Program-made: the position numbers and the translations under genes
Source of the DNA: Nemertoderma westbladi
Lineage: Eukaryota; Animalia; Xenacoelomorpha
Length of the DNA: 37,343 nt
Direction: 5' to 3'
Assembly (NCBI GenBank): GCA_032718475.1
Contig: JAUCBJ010007257.1
Coordinates: 1-37,343 of the forward strand
Shown: one piece after another, positions 33,701 through 37,343 of the stretch
How the letters are laid out: every line of letters starts with the position of its first letter
Position numbering within the stretch: position 1 is the first letter of the stretch
Notes under the pieces: generated by a model
Databases searched by the model: none
The model's input: the letters and a program-made list of their open reading frames with translations, nothing else
What the model was told of the DNA's origin: nothing

Positions 33701-36700
33701 CTACACAACAACCACTACGTGGCTCGCCCCACACACCTACACAACTACGACTATGTGGCTCGCCCCACACACCTACACAACTACGACTACGTGGCTCGCC
33801 CCACACACCTACACAACTACCACTACGTGGCTCGCCCCACACACCTACACAACTACCACTACGTGGCTCGCCCCACACACCTACACAACTACCACTACGT
33901 GGCTCGCCCCACACACCTACACAACTACGACTACGTGGCTCGCCCCACAAACCTACACAACAACCACTACGTGGCTCGCCCCACACACCTACACAACTAC
34001 GACTATGTGGCTCGCCCCACACACCTACACAACTACGACTACGTGGCTCGCCCCACACACCTACACAACTACGACTACGTGGCTCGCCCCACACACCTAC
34101 ACAACTACCCCTACGTGGCTCGCCCCACACACCTACACAACTACGACTATGTGGCTCGCCCCACACACCTACACAACTACCACTACGTGGCTCGCCCCAC
34201 ACACCTACACAACTACGACTACGTGGCTCGCCCCACACACCTACACAACTACCCCTACGTGGCTCGCCCCACACACCTACACAACTACGACTATGTGGCT
34301 CGCCCCACACACCTACACAACTACCCCTACGTGGCTCGCCCCACACACCTACACAACTACGACTATGTGGCTCGCCCCACACACCTACACAACTACCACT
34401 ACGTGGCTCGCCCCACACACCTACACAACTACCCCTACGTGGCTCGCCCCACACACCTACACAACTACGACTATGTGGCTCGCCCCACACACCTACACAA
34501 CTACCACTACGTGGCTCGCCCCACACACCTACACAACTACCACTACGTGGCTCGCCCCACACACCTACACAACTACCACTACGTGACTCGCCCCACACAC
34601 CTACACAACTACCCCTACGTGGCTCGCCCCACACACCTACACAACTACGACTATGTGGCTCGCCCCACACACCTACACAACTACCACTACGTGGCTCGCC
34701 CCACACACCTACACAACTACGACTATGTGGCTCGCCCCACACACCTACACAACTACCACTACGTGGCTCGCCCCACACACCTACACAACTACGACTACGT
34801 GGCTCGCCCCACACACCTACACAACTACCCCTACGTGGCTCGCCCCACACACCTACACAACTACGACTATGTGGCTCGCCCCACACACCTACACAACTAC
34901 CCCTACGTGGCTCGCCCCACACACCTACACAACTACGACTATGTGGCTCGCCCCACACACCTACACAACTACCACTACGTGGCTCGCCCCACACACCTAC
35001 ACAACTACCCCTACGTGGCTCGCCCCACACACCTACACAACTACGACTATGTGGCTCGCCCCACACACCTACACAACTACCACTACGTGGCTCGCCCCAC
35101 ACACCTACACAACTACCACTACGTGGCTCGCCCCACACACCTACACAACAACCACTACTTGGCTCGCCCCACACACCTACACAACTACCACTACGTGGCT
35201 CGCCCCACACACCTACACAACAACCACTACGTGGCTCGCCCCACACACCTACACAACTACCACTACATGGCTCGCCCCACACACCTACACAACAACCACT
35301 ACGTGGCTCGCCCCACACACCTACACAACAACTACTACGTGGCTCGCCCCACACACCTACACAACAACCACTACGTGGCTCGCCCCACACACCTATACAA
35401 CAACCACTACGTGGCTCGCCCCACACACCTACACAACAACCACTAAGTGGCTCGCCCCACACACCTACACAACAACCACTACTTGGCTCGCCCCACACAC
35501 CTACACAACTACCACTACGTGGCTTGCCCCACACACCTACACAACTACCACTACGTGGCTCGCCCCACACACCTACACAACTACCACTACGTGGCTCGCC
35601 CCACACACCTACACAACTACCACTACGTGGCTCGCCCCACACACCTACACAACTACCACTACGTGGCTCGCCCCACACACCTACACAACTACGACTACGT
35701 GGCTCGCCCCACACACCTACACAACTGCCGCTACGTGGCTCGCCCCACACACCTACACAACAACGACTACGTGGCTCGCCCCACACACCTACACAACTAC
35801 GACTATGTGGCTCGCCCCACACACCTACACAACTACCACTACGTGGCTCGCCCCACACACCTACACAACTACGACTACGTGGCTCGCCCCACACACCTAC
35901 ACAACTACGACTACGTGGCTCGCCCCACACACCTACACAACTGCCGCTACGTGGCTCGCCCCACACACCTACACAACAACGACTACGTGGCTCGCCCCAC
36001 ACACCTACACAACTACCACTACGTGGCTCGCCCCACACACCTACACAACTACCACTACGTGGCTCGCCCCACACACCTACACAACTACCACTACGTGGCT
36101 CGCCCCACACACCTACACAACTACCACTACGTGGCTCGCCCCACACACCTACACAACTACCACTACGTGGCTCGCCCCACACACCTACACAACTACCACT
36201 ACGTGGCTCGCCCCACACACCTACACAACTACGACTACGTGGCTCGCCCCACACACATACACAACTACCACTACGTGGCTCGCCCTACACACCTACACAA
36301 CTACCACTACGTGGCTCGCTCCACACACCTACACAACTACCACTACGTGGCTCGCCCCACACACCTACACAACTACCACTACGTGGCTCGCCCCACACAC
36401 CTACACAACTACGACTACGTGGCTCGCCCCACACACCTACACAACTGCCACTACGTGGCTCGCCCCACACACCTACACAACTACCACTACGTGGCTCGCC
36501 CCACACACCCACACAACTACCCCTACGTGGCTCGCCCCACACACCTACACAACTACCACTACGTGGCTCGCCCCACACACCTACACAACTACCACTACGT
36601 GGCTCGCCCCACACACCTACACAACTACCCCTACGTGGCTCGCCCCACACACCTACACAACTACCACTACGTGGCTCGCCCCACACACCTACACAACTAC

Positions 36701-37343
36701 CACTACGTGGCTCGCCCCACACACCTACACAACTACCCCTACGTGGCTCGCCCCACACACCTACACAACTACCACTACGTGGCTCGCCCCACACACCTAC
36801 ACAACTACCACTACGTGGCTCGCCCCACACACCTACACAACTACCACTACGTGGCTCGCCCCACACACCTACACAACTACCACTACGTGGCTCGCCCCAC
36901 ACACCTACACAACTACCACTACTGTGGCTCGCCCCACACACCTACACAACTACCACTACGTGGCTCGCCCCACACACCTACACAACTACCACTACGTGGC
37001 TCGCCCCACACACCTACACAACTGCCCCTACGTGGCTCGCCCCACACACCTACACAACTACCACTACGTGGCTCGCCCCACACACCTACACAACTACCAC
37101 TACGTGGCTCGCCCCACACACCTACACAACTACCACTACGTGGCTCGCCCCACACACCTACACAACTACCACTACGTGGCTCGCCCCACACACCTACACA
37201 ACTACCACTACGTGGCTCGCCCCACACACCTACACAACTACCACTACTGTGGCTCGCCCCACACACCTACACAACTACCACTACGTGGCTCGCCCCACAC
37301 ACCTACACAACTACCACTACGTGGCTCGCCCCCACACACCTAC
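27759..37343. repeat. 36-bp minisatellite, >260 copies, truncated by the window end
   Basis: Unit CTCGCCCCACACACCTACACAACTACCACTACGTGG; source of the 2000+ aa ORFs. Confidence 0.98.

Noticed and set aside
27776-37266. 2200-2800 aa ORFs (ARPTHLHNYHYV, WLAPHTYTTTTT, EPRSGSCVGVWG)
   Set aside because: These arise from a stop-free 36-bp unit that is open in several frames on both strands, with no unique N- or C-terminus and with indels in the array.
19936-37343. CRISPR-like appearance of 23- and 36-bp repeats
   Set aside because: Units are head-to-tail with no unique spacers, there are no cas genes, and the context is eukaryotic intron.

Overview
Eukaryotic (animal) genomic DNA. The window lies inside a large minus-strand dystrophin/utrophin-family gene. 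I reconstructed nine GT-AG exons that join in frame (26239 down to 2359) and encode spectrin repeats resembling the human DMD exon 45-55 region. The introns contain an intact Ty1/copia LTR retrotransposon (9482-14159; apparently identical 254-bp LTRs, GTTAT target-site duplication) and an intronless SPATA1-like gene nested antisense (17698-19695). They also hold MITE, Penelope, LINE and tRNA-SINE relics and several minisatellites. The most unusual signal is that three unrelated minisatellites (29, 23 and 14 bp units) are tandem amplifications of the exon/intron junction of three different exons. Each real 5' splice site is therefore followed by about 9, about 180 and about 20 decoy donor copies. 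A fourth, >9.5-kb 36-bp array runs off the window and may be another case. The long ORFs over the arrays are artefacts. All identifications are by eye and from memory of the families; no searches were run.
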